DNA from: Escherichia phage vB_Eco_mar004NP2
Sequence record: OR896837.1
Strand: one strand, 5' to 3'
Length of the DNA stretch: 64,000 nt
How positions within the stretch are numbered: the stretch's first letter is position 1; each line of letters opens with the position of its first letter. Below, one piece after another: positions 19,021-28,879 of this stretch. The position numbers were made by a program, and so were the translations under genes. The notes below the pieces were generated by a model that saw only the letters and a program-made list of their open reading frames with translations, was not told the origin of the DNA and did not search any database.

Positions 19021-19305
19021 ATGCTCATAGAGCCTGATGCTCACCAATTATTGGTCGGTTCCTCATTCATTTTGAATGAGTCAACAATAGTTGATAATCC
19101 AAATAAATTGTCTAATAGACAACTGGCAGAATATCTAGGAATTTTAAGTCTACGAAATTATGCCGAATACAAGTTTACAAACGATCCTAGTTTGAACATA
19201 CAATATGTTCCAGTATGGATACCACGTTTAGTAATCGACACTAACCCACTAATCGCAATTAACAAATCGAAATTAATCTTTAAAGAGGAAATAAAATATG
19301 GCTAA
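19021..19305 (+). CDS. hypothetical protein (doubtful; may be untranslated leader)
   Basis: 94-aa ORF with no RBS; region carries perfect palindromes. Confidence 0.25.
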   Translation: MLIEPDAHQLLVGSSFILNESTIVDNPNKLSNRQLAEYLGILSLRNYAEYKFTNDPSLNIQYVPVWIPRLVIDTNPLIAINKSKLIFKEEIKYG

Positions 19306-20071
19306 GTCTTGGGGCGAAACTACTGGCGGTTCTAACGATAAAATCGAATTCCTGAAGTTCAACAACGGTATCACTCGTGTCCGTATCGTTTCTGGTGTTC
19401 TTCCACGTTATGTCTATTGGCTGACTAATAAAGAGGGTAACGTAGCTCCTTTTGAATGTCTCCGTTTTAACCGTGACAAAGAGAGCTTTGTTCGTGGTAA
19501 AGCTGATCCGGTTCATGAGATGGGCTTCTTCGAGAAAGAGCTGGATAAAGACGGTAATCGTGTTCCGCTGAAACCGAAGAAAAACTATATCGCTTTTGTT
19601 ATCGACCGTTCTGATAACAAACTGAAAGTAATGGAAGTCAAGGCTACTATTCTGAAAGGCATCCAGTCTATCATGAAGCAGTTGAATCTGGCAACTCCGT
19701 TTGATATTGATATTTCTATCGAGAAAAAAGGTAAAGGTTTCGATACTGAGTATGATGTACAGCAGATTGCTGCTATGCAGTTCCAGATTAAGCTGCAAGA
19801 TCCTAACAGTGCAGAATCTAAGCAATATGCTGCAGATGTAGATCTGATCGGTGAAGCTATGTGTGATGAAGATGGCGACATCATTAAGTTCGAAAAAGTT
19901 CCTTCTCTGGAACAAACCTATCCGGTTCCTACCTATGAAGAGCAGAAAGAAGCAATTCAAGCCTTCATGGAGGGTCGTGAGAATAAAGATGATGATGCCA
20001 AATCTGGTAATAGCAATGCAGGCTCCCAGAAAGGTATTGACACAGAAGCTGCAAGCGATCTGGACGACTAA
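19298..20071 (+). CDS. single-stranded DNA-binding protein-like
   Basis: Strong RBS AAAGAGGAA; highly optimal codon usage; acidic C-terminal tail ...EAASDLDD typical of SSBs. Confidence 0.55.
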   Translation: MAKSWGETTGGSNDKIEFLKFNNGITRVRIVSGVLPRYVYWLTNKEGNVAPFECLRFNRDKESFVRGKADPVHEMGFFEKELDKDGNRVPLKPKKNYIAFVIDRSDNKLKVMEVKATILKGIQSIMKQLNLATPFDIDISIEKKGKGFDTEYDVQQIAAMQFQIKLQDPNSAESKQYAADVDLIGEAMCDEDGDIIKFEKVPSLEQTYPVPTYEEQKEAIQAFMEGRENKDDDAKSGNSNAGSQKGIDTEAASDLDD

Positions 20072-20076
20072 TAAAT

Positions 20077-20104
20077 AGAGGGGCTTCGGCCCCTTTCTTT
20101 TTAA
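20077..20104 (+). terminator. rho-independent terminator
   Basis: AGGGGC-TTCG-GCCCCT followed by TTCTTTTT. Confidence 0.65.
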
Positions 20105-20107
20105 CTT

Positions 20108-21085
20108 ATGAGAATATTATTTAGTGCTGATCATCATATTAAGCTGGGCCAAGATAAGATACCCAAAGAATGGCAGAAGCGTCGCTTCCTGATGCTAGGA
20201 GAACGGTTAAATGATATATTCCATAATCATAACTGTGATTTGCATATTATTGGTGGTGATTTATTTGATCATTCCGACCCGTCGTCGGAAGAAGTAGAAC
20301 TTCTAGAAAAATTTATGTCTAGGCTAGATCATATAGGAATGGTATTTACAGGTAATCATGAATTAATAACTAAGACTATTTCATGCCTATATCATTATGC
20401 AGGAGTTATTAATAAAGTAACGAGTGGTAAGTGGGAAGTAATTACCAAACCATATCGTTCCCCTGAATTTGATATTGTTCCATATGACGAAATCCATAAA
20501 TCTAAGTGGAAACCTCCTGTATCAAAACTATGTTTCACGCATGTTCGTGGTGAAATCCCTCCACATGTAAAACCAGAAATTGATCTAACTAAGTACAACT
20601 GTTATGATACTGTAATTGCTGGCGATTTACATTCTTATACTAATAGCCAGACTATCGGATCTACTAGACTTCTCTACCCAGGATCTCCATTAACTACATC
20701 GTTCCATAGAGAACGCACAAAAGGTACAAATGGTTGCTTTATCATTGATACCGACACATTAAAAGTAGAATGGATTGAACTAGGTGATTTACCACAACTG
20801 ATTCGTAAAACAATCGGAGCAGGTGAAGAGATGGAACCTAGTGATTATGATCGTGTAGTCTATGAAGTTACTGGTGACGTTGTTCAATTAAAGTCTATTA
20901 AAGACTCTGATTTGTTAGATAAGAAGATTAACCATCGAGTTACTAAAGACGCTAAGTTAAATCTTGTTGATCTTGATATGTTAGGGGAACTTGAACTTTA
21001 CTTCCGTGAAGTCGAGAAGCTGTCTCAAGGCGACATTGATAGAATCTTGGCTAGAGCTGCGAAATATGTCAAAGATTACAATTAA
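20108..21085 (+). CDS. SbcD/Mre11-like nuclease subunit
   Basis: Calcineurin-like phosphoesterase motifs ADHH, GGDLFDH, TGNHE. Confidence 0.8.
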   Translation: MRILFSADHHIKLGQDKIPKEWQKRRFLMLGERLNDIFHNHNCDLHIIGGDLFDHSDPSSEEVELLEKFMSRLDHIGMVFTGNHELITKTISCLYHYAGVINKVTSGKWEVITKPYRSPEFDIVPYDEIHKSKWKPPVSKLCFTHVRGEIPPHVKPEIDLTKYNCYDTVIAGDLHSYTNSQTIGSTRLLYPGSPLTTSFHRERTKGTNGCFIIDTDTLKVEWIELGDLPQLIRKTIGAGEEMEPSDYDRVVYEVTGDVVQLKSIKDSDLLDKKINHRVTKDAKLNLVDLDMLGELELYFREVEKLSQGDIDRILARAAKYVKDYN

Positions 21086-22904
21086 GACACTAAAATTTAG
21101 TAACGTTATGTCTTACGGTAGGGACATCGTAATTCATTTCGATAAGAATCCAGTTACTCAGTTAATCGGAGGAAACGGTCTAGGGAAGTCCACTATTGCT
21201 ACTGTTATTGAGGAATTGTTTTATAGCAAGAACTCACGTGGTATCAAGAAGGACGCCCTATTCTCTTGGGGTTCTCCGAAGAAAGAGTATGATATGCATG
21301 CTTACTTCTCGAAAGATGAAGATGAGTATGAATTGCATAAAGTAGTTAAATCAACTGCTAAGGTTACACTGATTAAGAATGGAGAAGATATCAGTGGACA
21401 CACAGCAACTCAAACGTACAAGATGATTGAAGAGATTATGGGTGGTGACTTCCAAACATTCACTAAACTAATCTATCAATCTGTTGGTTCCAATCTAGAC
21501 TTCCTCAAAGCAACAGATGCAACACGTAAGGCTTTTCTTGTTAACTTGTTCAATCAAGAACAGTATAAAGAAATGTCAGAAACTATTAAGGCTGACCGTA
21601 AAGAAATAGCAAATACCTTAAATAATTTGCAGGGCCAAATGGCTGTAATTACAAAAATCCTTAATGGAAAGAATAACTTGGGAACCTTACAAGAACCAGT
21701 CGAAGTACCAGAATTTGATGAAGAACCATTAGCACAAGAACTTACAGAATCGAAAATTAAGGCGGCATTAGCCAAGTCTCAAGAGGCTAATATTACTAAA
21801 TTGCGTAATTTGGACAAAGCTGTACAAGTTGCCGAACAATCTTTCGAGCCTTTCAAAAATTTGCCTGCGCCCACCGACCAAAATGAAGAGATCTCGAGTG
21901 TTACGCGTGACCTAACGATTGTGACCTCACGTGCGGGCGAAGTCAAGAAACGTTATCAGAAGTTCAAGCAAGAGGCTTCAAATACTGAATGTCCTACTTG
22001 TGGTACTCACCTGGATACAACTGCTGCTCAAAAAGCAATGGATATGGCTAGAACAGAATATGATCCTCTGTTCAAAGAGAAGCAATCTCTTGAAACCAAG
22101 CTAGAACAGCTGAAGAAAGAACAACTTGAGTACACTACGTATATTAGAGCAAAGGATGCTTTGGATAAAGCAGTAGCAGCTAGAGACGAGTTCAAAAATT
22201 CAATGAGTGATGCTTCTTTTGAAGAACTCAATGTGCAAAACCTACAGGTGCAAATACGACAATTAGAACAGGAAATTGCTGATGGACGTTCTAAGGTTGC
22301 AATTGCCAAAGAGCATAATGCAAATGTTGAATTAGCCAATGCAAAATATAAAGCGAAACTAGAACAGATTGAGAAAGCTGAGGCAGAAATGTCTGAGATT
22401 ACTTCCAAACTGGATGAAGTATCAGAAGCTGTTGCTGATCTCGATATTCTGATCGCCGCATTGAAAAATCTGGTAGGGTATAAGCTAGAGCATAGTGTGA
22501 AAGTATTTGAAGAACTAATTAATAAATACCTTTCCATTATGACTGGTGGTAAGTTCGCACTTGGATTTGAACTTGATGAAACAAAATTACAAGTAGTAAT
22601 CTTCAATGATGGAAACCGTACCAGTATGGAGAACTGCTCTACTGGTCAGCAAAGTCGAATCAACCTAGCAACTCTGTTAGCTATTCGAATGCTACTAACA
22701 TCTATTAGTAAAGTTAATATTAATCTTCTATTCCTTGATGAAGTAATTAGCTTTATTGATACGAAAGGACTTGACACCCTTGTTGAATTATTAAATGAGG
22801 AAGAAAGTCTAAACTCTATCATTGTTTCTCATGGGCATACGCATCCATTGGCCCATAAGATTACTGTCAAAAAAGATGCAGAAGGATTTTCCTACTTAGA
22901 ATAA
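21066..22904 (+). CDS. SbcC/Rad50-like ATPase subunit
   Basis: Walker A GGNGLGKST, long coiled coil with CPTCG zinc hook, Walker B LLFLDEV; start taken at ATG 21066 (MSKITIK). Confidence 0.8.
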   Translation: MSKITIKTLKFSNVMSYGRDIVIHFDKNPVTQLIGGNGLGKSTIATVIEELFYSKNSRGIKKDALFSWGSPKKEYDMHAYFSKDEDEYELHKVVKSTAKVTLIKNGEDISGHTATQTYKMIEEIMGGDFQTFTKLIYQSVGSNLDFLKATDATRKAFLVNLFNQEQYKEMSETIKADRKEIANTLNNLQGQMAVITKILNGKNNLGTLQEPVEVPEFDEEPLAQELTESKIKAALAKSQEANITKLRNLDKAVQVAEQSFEPFKNLPAPTDQNEEISSVTRDLTIVTSRAGEVKKRYQKFKQEASNTECPTCGTHLDTTAAQKAMDMARTEYDPLFKEKQSLETKLEQLKKEQLEYTTYIRAKDALDKAVAARDEFKNSMSDASFEELNVQNLQVQIRQLEQEIADGRSKVAIAKEHNANVELANAKYKAKLEQIEKAEAEMSEITSKLDEVSEAVADLDILIAALKNLVGYKLEHSVKVFEELINKYLSIMTGGKFALGFELDETKLQVVIFNDGNRTSMENCSTGQQSRINLATLLAIRMLLTSISKVNINLLFLDEVISFIDTKGLDTLVELLNEEESLNSIIVSHGHTHPLAHKITVKKDAEGFSYLE

Positions 22905-22907
22905 AAC

Positions 22908-23390
22908 ATGGCTGTAGATAGTAGAGAGAAAGGTAAACGTGGTGAATATCAGGTAAGAGATATTCTACGCGAGCGTACAGGTCTTGAGTGGGAACGTGTT
23001 CCTGGCTCTGGTGCTTTTGGCCAGAGCCACGGACTGAAAGGTGACATCTACCTTCCACCACAAAGCGGACACATTAGTAAATACTGCTTCGAAGTTAAGT
23101 GGTATAAAGATGATAATATATCAAGTAATTTATTTAATGTCGGTGAATCCACTCTAGAGAAGTGGTGGCAGCAATGCTCACGTGAAGGTGAGCAGATGAA
23201 CTCCAAGTCTGCATTAATATTCAAAAAAGACAGAGGACAGTGGTTAATAGCTTTGGATAGCGCAGACCCGATGGTTGACAACTTAATGAGTCGTACCCAT
23301 ATGGTGTTAAATAAGAAAGACATGGAAATCGTAATTGGTTTATTTGAACCGTGGCTACATCATGCATCTGTTGAGGACTTAATTAAATAA
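22908..23390 (+). CDS. PD-(D/E)xK nuclease, putative Holliday-junction resolvase
   Basis: GDIYL...CFEVKW fits a D...E-x-K active-site arrangement; lies between SbcC-like and flap endonuclease genes. Confidence 0.45.
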   Translation: MAVDSREKGKRGEYQVRDILRERTGLEWERVPGSGAFGQSHGLKGDIYLPPQSGHISKYCFEVKWYKDDNISSNLFNVGESTLEKWWQQCSREGEQMNSKSALIFKKDRGQWLIALDSADPMVDNLMSRTHMVLNKKDMEIVIGLFEPWLHHASVEDLIK

Positions 23391-24265
23391 TGAGTAAATC
23401 CTGGGGAAAATTTATTGAAGAAGAGGAAGCTGAAATGGCTTCCCGTCGTAACCTAATGATTGTTGATGGAACTAACTTAGGCTTCCGCTTCAAACATAAC
23501 AATAGTAAAAAACCATTTGCCTCAAGTTATGTTTCCACTATTCAGTCTCTAGCAAAATCTTATTCTGCTAGAACTACAATAGTTTTAGGGGATAAAGGAA
23601 AGTCTGCATTCCGCCTAGAGCATCTTCCAGAGTATAAAGGGAATCGAGATGAGAAATACTCTCAGCGTACGGAAGAGGAAAAAGCGTTAGATGAGCAGTT
23701 TTTCGAGTATTTGAAAGATGCTTTCGAACTATGTGAAACTACATTCCCAACCTTCACTATTCGTGGTGTAGAAGCAGATGATATGGCAGCTTATATTGTT
23801 AAGCTGATTGGGCATCTATATGATCATGTTTGGCTAATTTCTACCGATGGTGACTGGGATACTTTATTAACTGATAAAGTTTCTCGCTTCTCTTTTACAA
23901 CACGTCGTGAATATCATCTTCGTGATATGTATGAGCACCATAATGTTGACGATGTAGAGCAGTTTATCTCTCTGAAAGCAATTATGGGTGATTTAGGGGA
24001 TAATATCCGTGGTGTTGAAGGTATTGGGGCAAAACGCGGGTATAATATTATTCGTGAATTTGGTAACGTTCTGGATATTATTGATCAGCTTCCACTACCT
24101 GGAAAACAGAAATATATACAGAATTTAAATGCTTCGGAAGAATTGCTTTATCGAAACCTAATTTTAGTTGATTTACCTACCTACTGTGTGGACGCTATTG
24201 CTGCTGTAGGTCAAGATGTATTAGATAAGTTTACAAAAGATATTTTGGAGATTGCAGAACAATGA
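23390..24265 (+). CDS. 5'-3' exonuclease / flap endonuclease (FEN family)
   Basis: 291 aa; N-terminal LMIVDGTNL, central GVEADDM and C-terminal H3TH-like GIGAKRG motifs; 291 aa matches the T5 D15 length as I recall it. Confidence 0.9.
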   Translation: MSKSWGKFIEEEEAEMASRRNLMIVDGTNLGFRFKHNNSKKPFASSYVSTIQSLAKSYSARTTIVLGDKGKSAFRLEHLPEYKGNRDEKYSQRTEEEKALDEQFFEYLKDAFELCETTFPTFTIRGVEADDMAAYIVKLIGHLYDHVWLISTDGDWDTLLTDKVSRFSFTTRREYHLRDMYEHHNVDDVEQFISLKAIMGDLGDNIRGVEGIGAKRGYNIIREFGNVLDIIDQLPLPGKQKYIQNLNASEELLYRNLILVDLPTYCVDAIAAVGQDVLDKFTKDILEIAEQ

Positions 24266-24708
24266 TTAAAATTAAATTAACTCATCCAGATTGTATGCCT
24301 AAGATTGGTTCCGAAGATGCCGCAGGTATGGATCTGCGAGCATTCTTTGGTACAAACCCTGCTGCAGATTTACGTGCTATTGCGCCAGGCAAATCCCTAA
24401 TGATTGACACCGGTGTCGCGGTAGAAATTCCGCGAGGTTGGTTCGGTTTGGTGGTTCCTCGTAGCTCTTTAGGTAAGCGCTATTTGATGATTGCAAACAC
24501 CGCAGGGGTGATCGACTCAGACTATCGTGGTACTATTAAGATGAACCTCTATAATTACGGTTCTGAAATGCAAACTCTGGAGAATTTCGAGAGACTTTGT
24601 CAGCTAGTGGTATTGCCACATTACTCAACTCATAATTTTGAAATCGTTGATGAGTTAGAAGAGACTGTACGTGGAGAAGGAGGATTTGGAAGTTCAGGAA
24701 GTAAGTAA
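24262..24708 (+). CDS. dut: dUTP diphosphatase
   Basis: dUTPase motifs AGMDL, PRSSLG, GVIDSDYRG and C-terminal RGEGGFGSSG. Confidence 0.9.
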   Translation: MIKIKLTHPDCMPKIGSEDAAGMDLRAFFGTNPAADLRAIAPGKSLMIDTGVAVEIPRGWFGLVVPRSSLGKRYLMIANTAGVIDSDYRGTIKMNLYNYGSEMQTLENFERLCQLVVLPHYSTHNFEIVDELEETVRGEGGFGSSGSK

Positions 24709-24732
24709 TCTACATATAAAATAAATAATAAA

Positions 24733-24770
24733 CCCCAGTGGATTTTGTCCACTGGGATTTTCTTTTATTG
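24733..24770. terminator. bidirectional rho-independent terminator between convergent early and late genes
   Basis: CCCAGTGGA-TTTTGT-CCACTGGG with T-runs on both sides. Confidence 0.7.
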
Positions 24771-25412
24771 TGATACTAATTGTACCTTTAATTGCTCAAG
24801 CTCTTTCTCTAGATCTTCAATCCGTTTAATAAGATCTTGCACAACATGCATAGTGTCAAGAAGCATTGGAGTTGTATCTAATTCCTTTTGCTCCTGCTCT
24901 ATTCCGTCATCATTATAAAATTTTCTAGTTTTTACATAAAGTGGTTCTATAGTCTCTACTTGCTGAGCAATAACCCCACGTCGGACACGAGATTTTTCAT
25001 CGTTATTATATACAAAGGATTGGAATTCTAATCCTTTTAATACCTCGATGGACTTAGTTGCGTCTATAGCCTTAATATCATGCTTTAAGCGAGAATCAGA
25101 TACAGCATTTAATTGCAAAGTATAGGTTGCTGAAGCACCTGGCCACCAAGAATAAAAATAAATACTATTATTATTCGGCTGAATTTTTAAACGCACACCA
25201 AATTTATTATCATCATCTCCCGCTACCTGCCAACAAGAATCTGCAAATGAGCCTAAGTCATTATGAATTAATCCAAAATGTGCAGATGTCTTATACCCTG
25301 CGGAAGAAGACTGGGAACCGCTCAATATACTATTAAAGTTAAATGTACTACCTATATTGACCTCGTTCTGAGAAAGAGTACCTTGTACCCAGCCAGTCTG
25401 AGACCACGCCAT
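24765..25412 (-). CDS. tail fibre distal segment with C-terminal intramolecular chaperone (S74-like) domain
   Basis: ...NAVSDSRLKHDIKAID... matches the autoproteolytic site and chaperone signature of phage fibres; the frame stays open 5' of the ATG up to 25463. Confidence 0.55.
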   Translation of the reverse strand: MAWSQTGWVQGTLSQNEVNIGSTFNFNSILSGSQSSSAGYKTSAHFGLIHNDLGSFADSCWQVAGDDDNKFGVRLKIQPNNNSIYFYSWWPGASATYTLQLNAVSDSRLKHDIKAIDATKSIEVLKGLEFQSFVYNNDEKSRVRRGVIAQQVETIEPLYVKTRKFYNDDGIEQEQKELDTTPMLLDTMHVVQDLIKRIEDLEKELEQLKVQLVSQ

Positions 25413-25431
25413 GCCAGTAACTAATCTAGCT

Positions 25432-26181
25432 TTAAAACGATCCGTTACAAAATCCCCATTTATCTACAAGCTGGGCGGAATTCGATTTACCGGTAGATTT
25501 ATTGTCTATTAGTAGTTCAGTAGAGTAGGTGCCACCAATAGTAGCTTTAGCTCGTAGTGTACTTACAGCCTCACTACTAGTACCTACTTTATACTCAGAT
25601 AGTACACTCCCGCCATAAACAGTAGTACCAGTATTAGGTTTGACAGCATCACCACTAATAACACTCCACGAAGTCTTTGCAGCCACGAACCCACCAGAAG
25701 CACGGATTACCCAGACACCTATAAAGCTGTTTGGAATAATAGTACCTTTTATTCCATAACGCCCATAAACAGGGTCCGCTAAGTTTGCATCAAAACTAAA
25801 TCCGTATTGGTTATCAGGATTAACTACGGCGAATGATTTAGATGCACCTCCAGGAGCGGCACCTAAGCCGTTTTCACCACCAATCGCCCCAATAAGACCA
25901 AATCTAGATGAATATCTATTAAGCGCTTCTTCATATGCACCAGCAATAGCGCCAGGAAAACTACCAGTAATATTGGGTGCTGCAGCTTCTGATATTGAAC
26001 CAGCTTGACCAGCATCCCCCCCCCCCCCACCGTCACCACGAGCGAATAACCCTTTGATTGAATTTAGTTGCACACCATTACGATCTGGGACGCGGAAAGT
26101 AGTGGTACCATCTCCCGTAGAATATTTCCCACGTTGTCCTACATCTGCTAACCAAACTGAATCATCTATAGCTCCAACCAT
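25432..26181 (-). CDS. tail fibre segment with phage tail-collar-like domain and glycine run
   Basis: DGQLLNRADWPELWAYA...GDGTTTFRVPDRNG is the tail-collar pattern; GGGGG is encoded by a G13 tract; the frame stays open 5' of the Met up to 26340. Confidence 0.5.
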   Translation of the reverse strand: MVGAIDDSVWLADVGQRGKYSTGDGTTTFRVPDRNGVQLNSIKGLFARGDGGGGGDAGQAGSISEAAAPNITGSFPGAIAGAYEEALNRYSSRFGLIGAIGGENGLGAAPGGASKSFAVVNPDNQYGFSFDANLADPVYGRYGIKGTIIPNSFIGVWVIRASGGFVAAKTSWSVISGDAVKPNTGTTVYGGSVLSEYKVGTSSEAVSTLRAKATIGGTYSTELLIDNKSTGKSNSAQLVDKWGFCNGSF

Positions 26182-26240
26182 TTGTGCATACGCCCAAAGT
26201 TCAGGCCAGTCAGCCCTGTTAAGAAGCTGCCCATCAGAAA

Positions 26241-26537
26241 CTACCTCATAAGGTTGAATATACGCACGGCTATCTCGAAGATGAAAATCCCCACCCCGTA
26301 GTTCATAACACCATTCATTGTGGGTCCTACTGTGCCAGTATTAAGTTTGTTCTCCACCCAACGCTTAGTTGCGGCATCATAGTCACTAACAGGATCTCCA
26401 GCAAGAGGGGTAGATCCAATAGGACGCACATTTAGCCATGCTGCACGGTCTGCTAAGTCACTCAGGTTATTATTTTTATTAAGTGACTCATTTTTAAGTT
26501 TTGTAATATCCGTAGGAATTACTGTTTTAGTTACCAT
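26241..26537 (-). CDS. tail fibre N-terminal segment
   Basis: ...DYDAATKRWVENKLNTGT... resembles fibre N-termini; the frame terminates 60 nt before the next fragment. Confidence 0.4.
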   Translation of the reverse strand: MVTKTVIPTDITKLKNESLNKNNNLSDLADRAAWLNVRPIGSTPLAGDPVSDYDAATKRWVENKLNTGTVGPTMNGVMNYGVGIFIFEIAVRIFNLMR

Positions 26538-26546
26538 TATAAAACC

Positions 26547-26825
26547 TTATGCCCATACTCTAAGAGGCTGTTCTAGCTGAACTATAAAAGGCTCGAAGGA
26601 TTCGTAAGTAAAGGATTCATCAAGAATCCTTACATTAATATAATACCCTTCATTACGGATGCATCTAGGTTCCTCATCACCTAGCGGAGAGATTTCAGTA
26701 TAAGTATATCCAATTTCGTCAAGCATTATTTGGTTTTGCAAATTTTCATTAGTATCCCACTCTATTTTTAAGAGAAAATCTTTATATGCTGATTTATCCG
26801 TGAATTTTAGGATTATATCTCTCAT
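26547..26825 (-). CDS. hypothetical protein in the tail fibre locus
   Basis: 92 aa; ATGA start/stop overlap with the upstream fibre gene. Confidence 0.35.
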   Translation of the reverse strand: MRDIILKFTDKSAYKDFLLKIEWDTNENLQNQIMLDEIGYTYTEISPLGDEEPRCIRNEGYYINVRILDESFTYESFEPFIVQLEQPLRVWA

Positions 26826-28879
26826 ACATACTCCTTCATTTGTCTATCAGTTAGTTCCTTATGCCAGATTCTAAAGTTTCTAACGTGCCCGAAAAGATGA
26901 CGTTCGCCCCTAGTTGTTTGTCCTCCAATCCTTATAGTAGCCGTTGATTGTATGTATCTCCATTCCGTTTTTGTTTCGCTTGATATTCTGGCATTACTTA
27001 CACAGCAAGTATTGTAATCACTCTTTACTCTCATTCCCATGATCATCTTTTTTAGTTTTGCATTCTCGTAAACCCTTCTGTTTGATTTACCTATATCGCA
27101 ATAAGGGAAACCATCATTATCGCCTTCGGCAGATCCGAAAGCAAGAATAATAGCCGCTTCGGTTTGATGACCTCTGGTATCAAAAACACGTGGCGCTGCA
27201 CTTGGCGTTATACTCCAGTTTTTATGAGCTTCCACAAGTACTGTAAACGGCAAATTGTAAAGGTTGTTTTTTATTGGTAATGTGACCATATCGCTTGCCC
27301 GTGTTACTGGAGTCTCTTCTGTAATAATAAACGATGAAGCGCACGCCCCGCCTTCAACTTGAGGGGTAGCTACCTGTAAGTACTCTCCACCAGAATAAGT
27401 GCCAGGTGAAACAGGTGGAGCAATTTGGATCTGAGAGCTAACCATATTATCAATAGCTTCAGATTGATATGTAACCTCGAAATAAATCCATCCATTAGAT
27501 TCTTTCTCCGCTCGGGCGGTTATTCTTGCAGCCCCTACTTCCGTTTTTCTAATGGACATATCTGTTATATTAAGATATGCATCTGCTAGATAAAAATATG
27601 CGGATCCGTCATATCTTTCAAATCTTATACGACATTGTATATTAGCACTATCGCTTTTTACACGACATGATGTTGTAACATACTTTTCAGTTCCGGTAAC
27701 ATCGACACCTCTTCCTCCTGAAATCGCAGCGATATTCATTGCCGTATTTGTCCCAATTTTTTCGTCCTTTATTTGAAACCGCCCATAAGTAAATCCAAAC
27801 TCATCAACACCACTTTCTGTTATAGTTACACTTGTTGTAGCTTCCCACTTAGATGGCGTAAGTGAGTTAAGATGATAGTTAGTTCTTTGCCCCTCAATGA
27901 GCAAACCATCCTTTTCAAATCTAGGTTCATTAATCCCCGCAACAGTTAATACACCTGATTTATTAATATATGTCGCAGTTGATGCACGTGTAAAGCTAAC
28001 AATCTTGTCACTGGGCAGTGTTATTTCCTCATCACCGACTGTTATTTTTTTTTTATAGTCTGGCGCAAAGCCGGTGATCATATCTAGAGAATCGTTAAAC
28101 GGTATCCATACATCTGGAAGAGGTTGAATGTCGGGGGTAGAATTAGCAGCAGCTTCTGATCTATCAGCCTCAGTTTTTGAACGATCGGCTTCAGTTTTAG
28201 CAGTATTAGCACTATTAGCAGCATTAGTAGCTTGTTTTCCTGCTTCAGTAGCAGAATTAGCAGCACTAGTTGCAGAATTAGCAGCTTGGTTTTTTAGCGT
28301 GGTAGTTTCTGTTATCGCGCTATTCTTAATGCCTTGTGTGTCTGTTTTTAACTGCGCAACATCTGCCTTTATAGCTGTTGTCTCTGTTACAGCACTGTTT
28401 TTAATGGCCTGAGTATCTGATTTTAGCTGCTCAACATCTGATTTTAAGCCTTGAATAGTAGTTACTGACTGACTAGCTGAAGTTGCGGAACTAGCTGCGT
28501 TATTCTCACTAGCTTTGGCTTTAGTCTCACTAGCTTTGGCTTTAGTCTCACTAGCTTTTGCATTAGTCTCGGATACTTTAGCAGCGGATGCAGATGTTGC
28601 AGCTTGTCTAGCGAATGTTTCTGCTTCATCCCTAAAACCTTTAGAATTGGCAGCAGACGCAGCAGCATTAGTCTCACTAATTTTAGCGTTAGTTTCGCTA
28701 ATTTTTGCAGCCGCAGCAGATTTAGCAGCAGCCTCTATAGAAGATACTAACTCATTAGCAGTAATAGAGCTAATAGAATTTCCAAGAGTTACTGTGTATC
28801 TAGGAAATTTACTAGCAGTAGCTTTAGTATCATCAATATTTAATATTTGTTGTACAATAATCTTAGTAGTTATTGCCAT
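26822..28879 (-). CDS. L-shaped tail fibre protein, proximal component
   Basis: 685 aa; Ala/Ser/Thr-rich repeats (SETNAKASETKAKASE), beta-rich C-terminal domain; position matches the T5 pb1 locus. Confidence 0.6.
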   Translation of the reverse strand: MAITTKIIVQQILNIDDTKATASKFPRYTVTLGNSISSITANELVSSIEAAAKSAAAAKISETNAKISETNAAASAANSKGFRDEAETFARQAATSASAAKVSETNAKASETKAKASETKAKASENNAASSATSASQSVTTIQGLKSDVEQLKSDTQAIKNSAVTETTAIKADVAQLKTDTQGIKNSAITETTTLKNQAANSATSAANSATEAGKQATNAANSANTAKTEADRSKTEADRSEAAANSTPDIQPLPDVWIPFNDSLDMITGFAPDYKKKITVGDEEITLPSDKIVSFTRASTATYINKSGVLTVAGINEPRFEKDGLLIEGQRTNYHLNSLTPSKWEATTSVTITESGVDEFGFTYGRFQIKDEKIGTNTAMNIAAISGGRGVDVTGTEKYVTTSCRVKSDSANIQCRIRFERYDGSAYFYLADAYLNITDMSIRKTEVGAARITARAEKESNGWIYFEVTYQSEAIDNMVSSQIQIAPPVSPGTYSGGEYLQVATPQVEGGACASSFIITEETPVTRASDMVTLPIKNNLYNLPFTVLVEAHKNWSITPSAAPRVFDTRGHQTEAAIILAFGSAEGDNDGFPYCDIGKSNRRVYENAKLKKMIMGMRVKSDYNTCCVSNARISSETKTEWRYIQSTATIRIGGQTTRGERHLFGHVRNFRIWHKELTDRQMKEYV

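Noticed and set aside
22028-22606. 192-aa minus-strand ORF inside the SbcC-like gene
   Set aside because: Antisense shadow ORF of a low-complexity coiled-coil coding region (Ser/Ala-rich translation, no RBS); the same applies to 43712..44473, 28128..28412, 28515..28886, 10706..11215 and 19280..19960.
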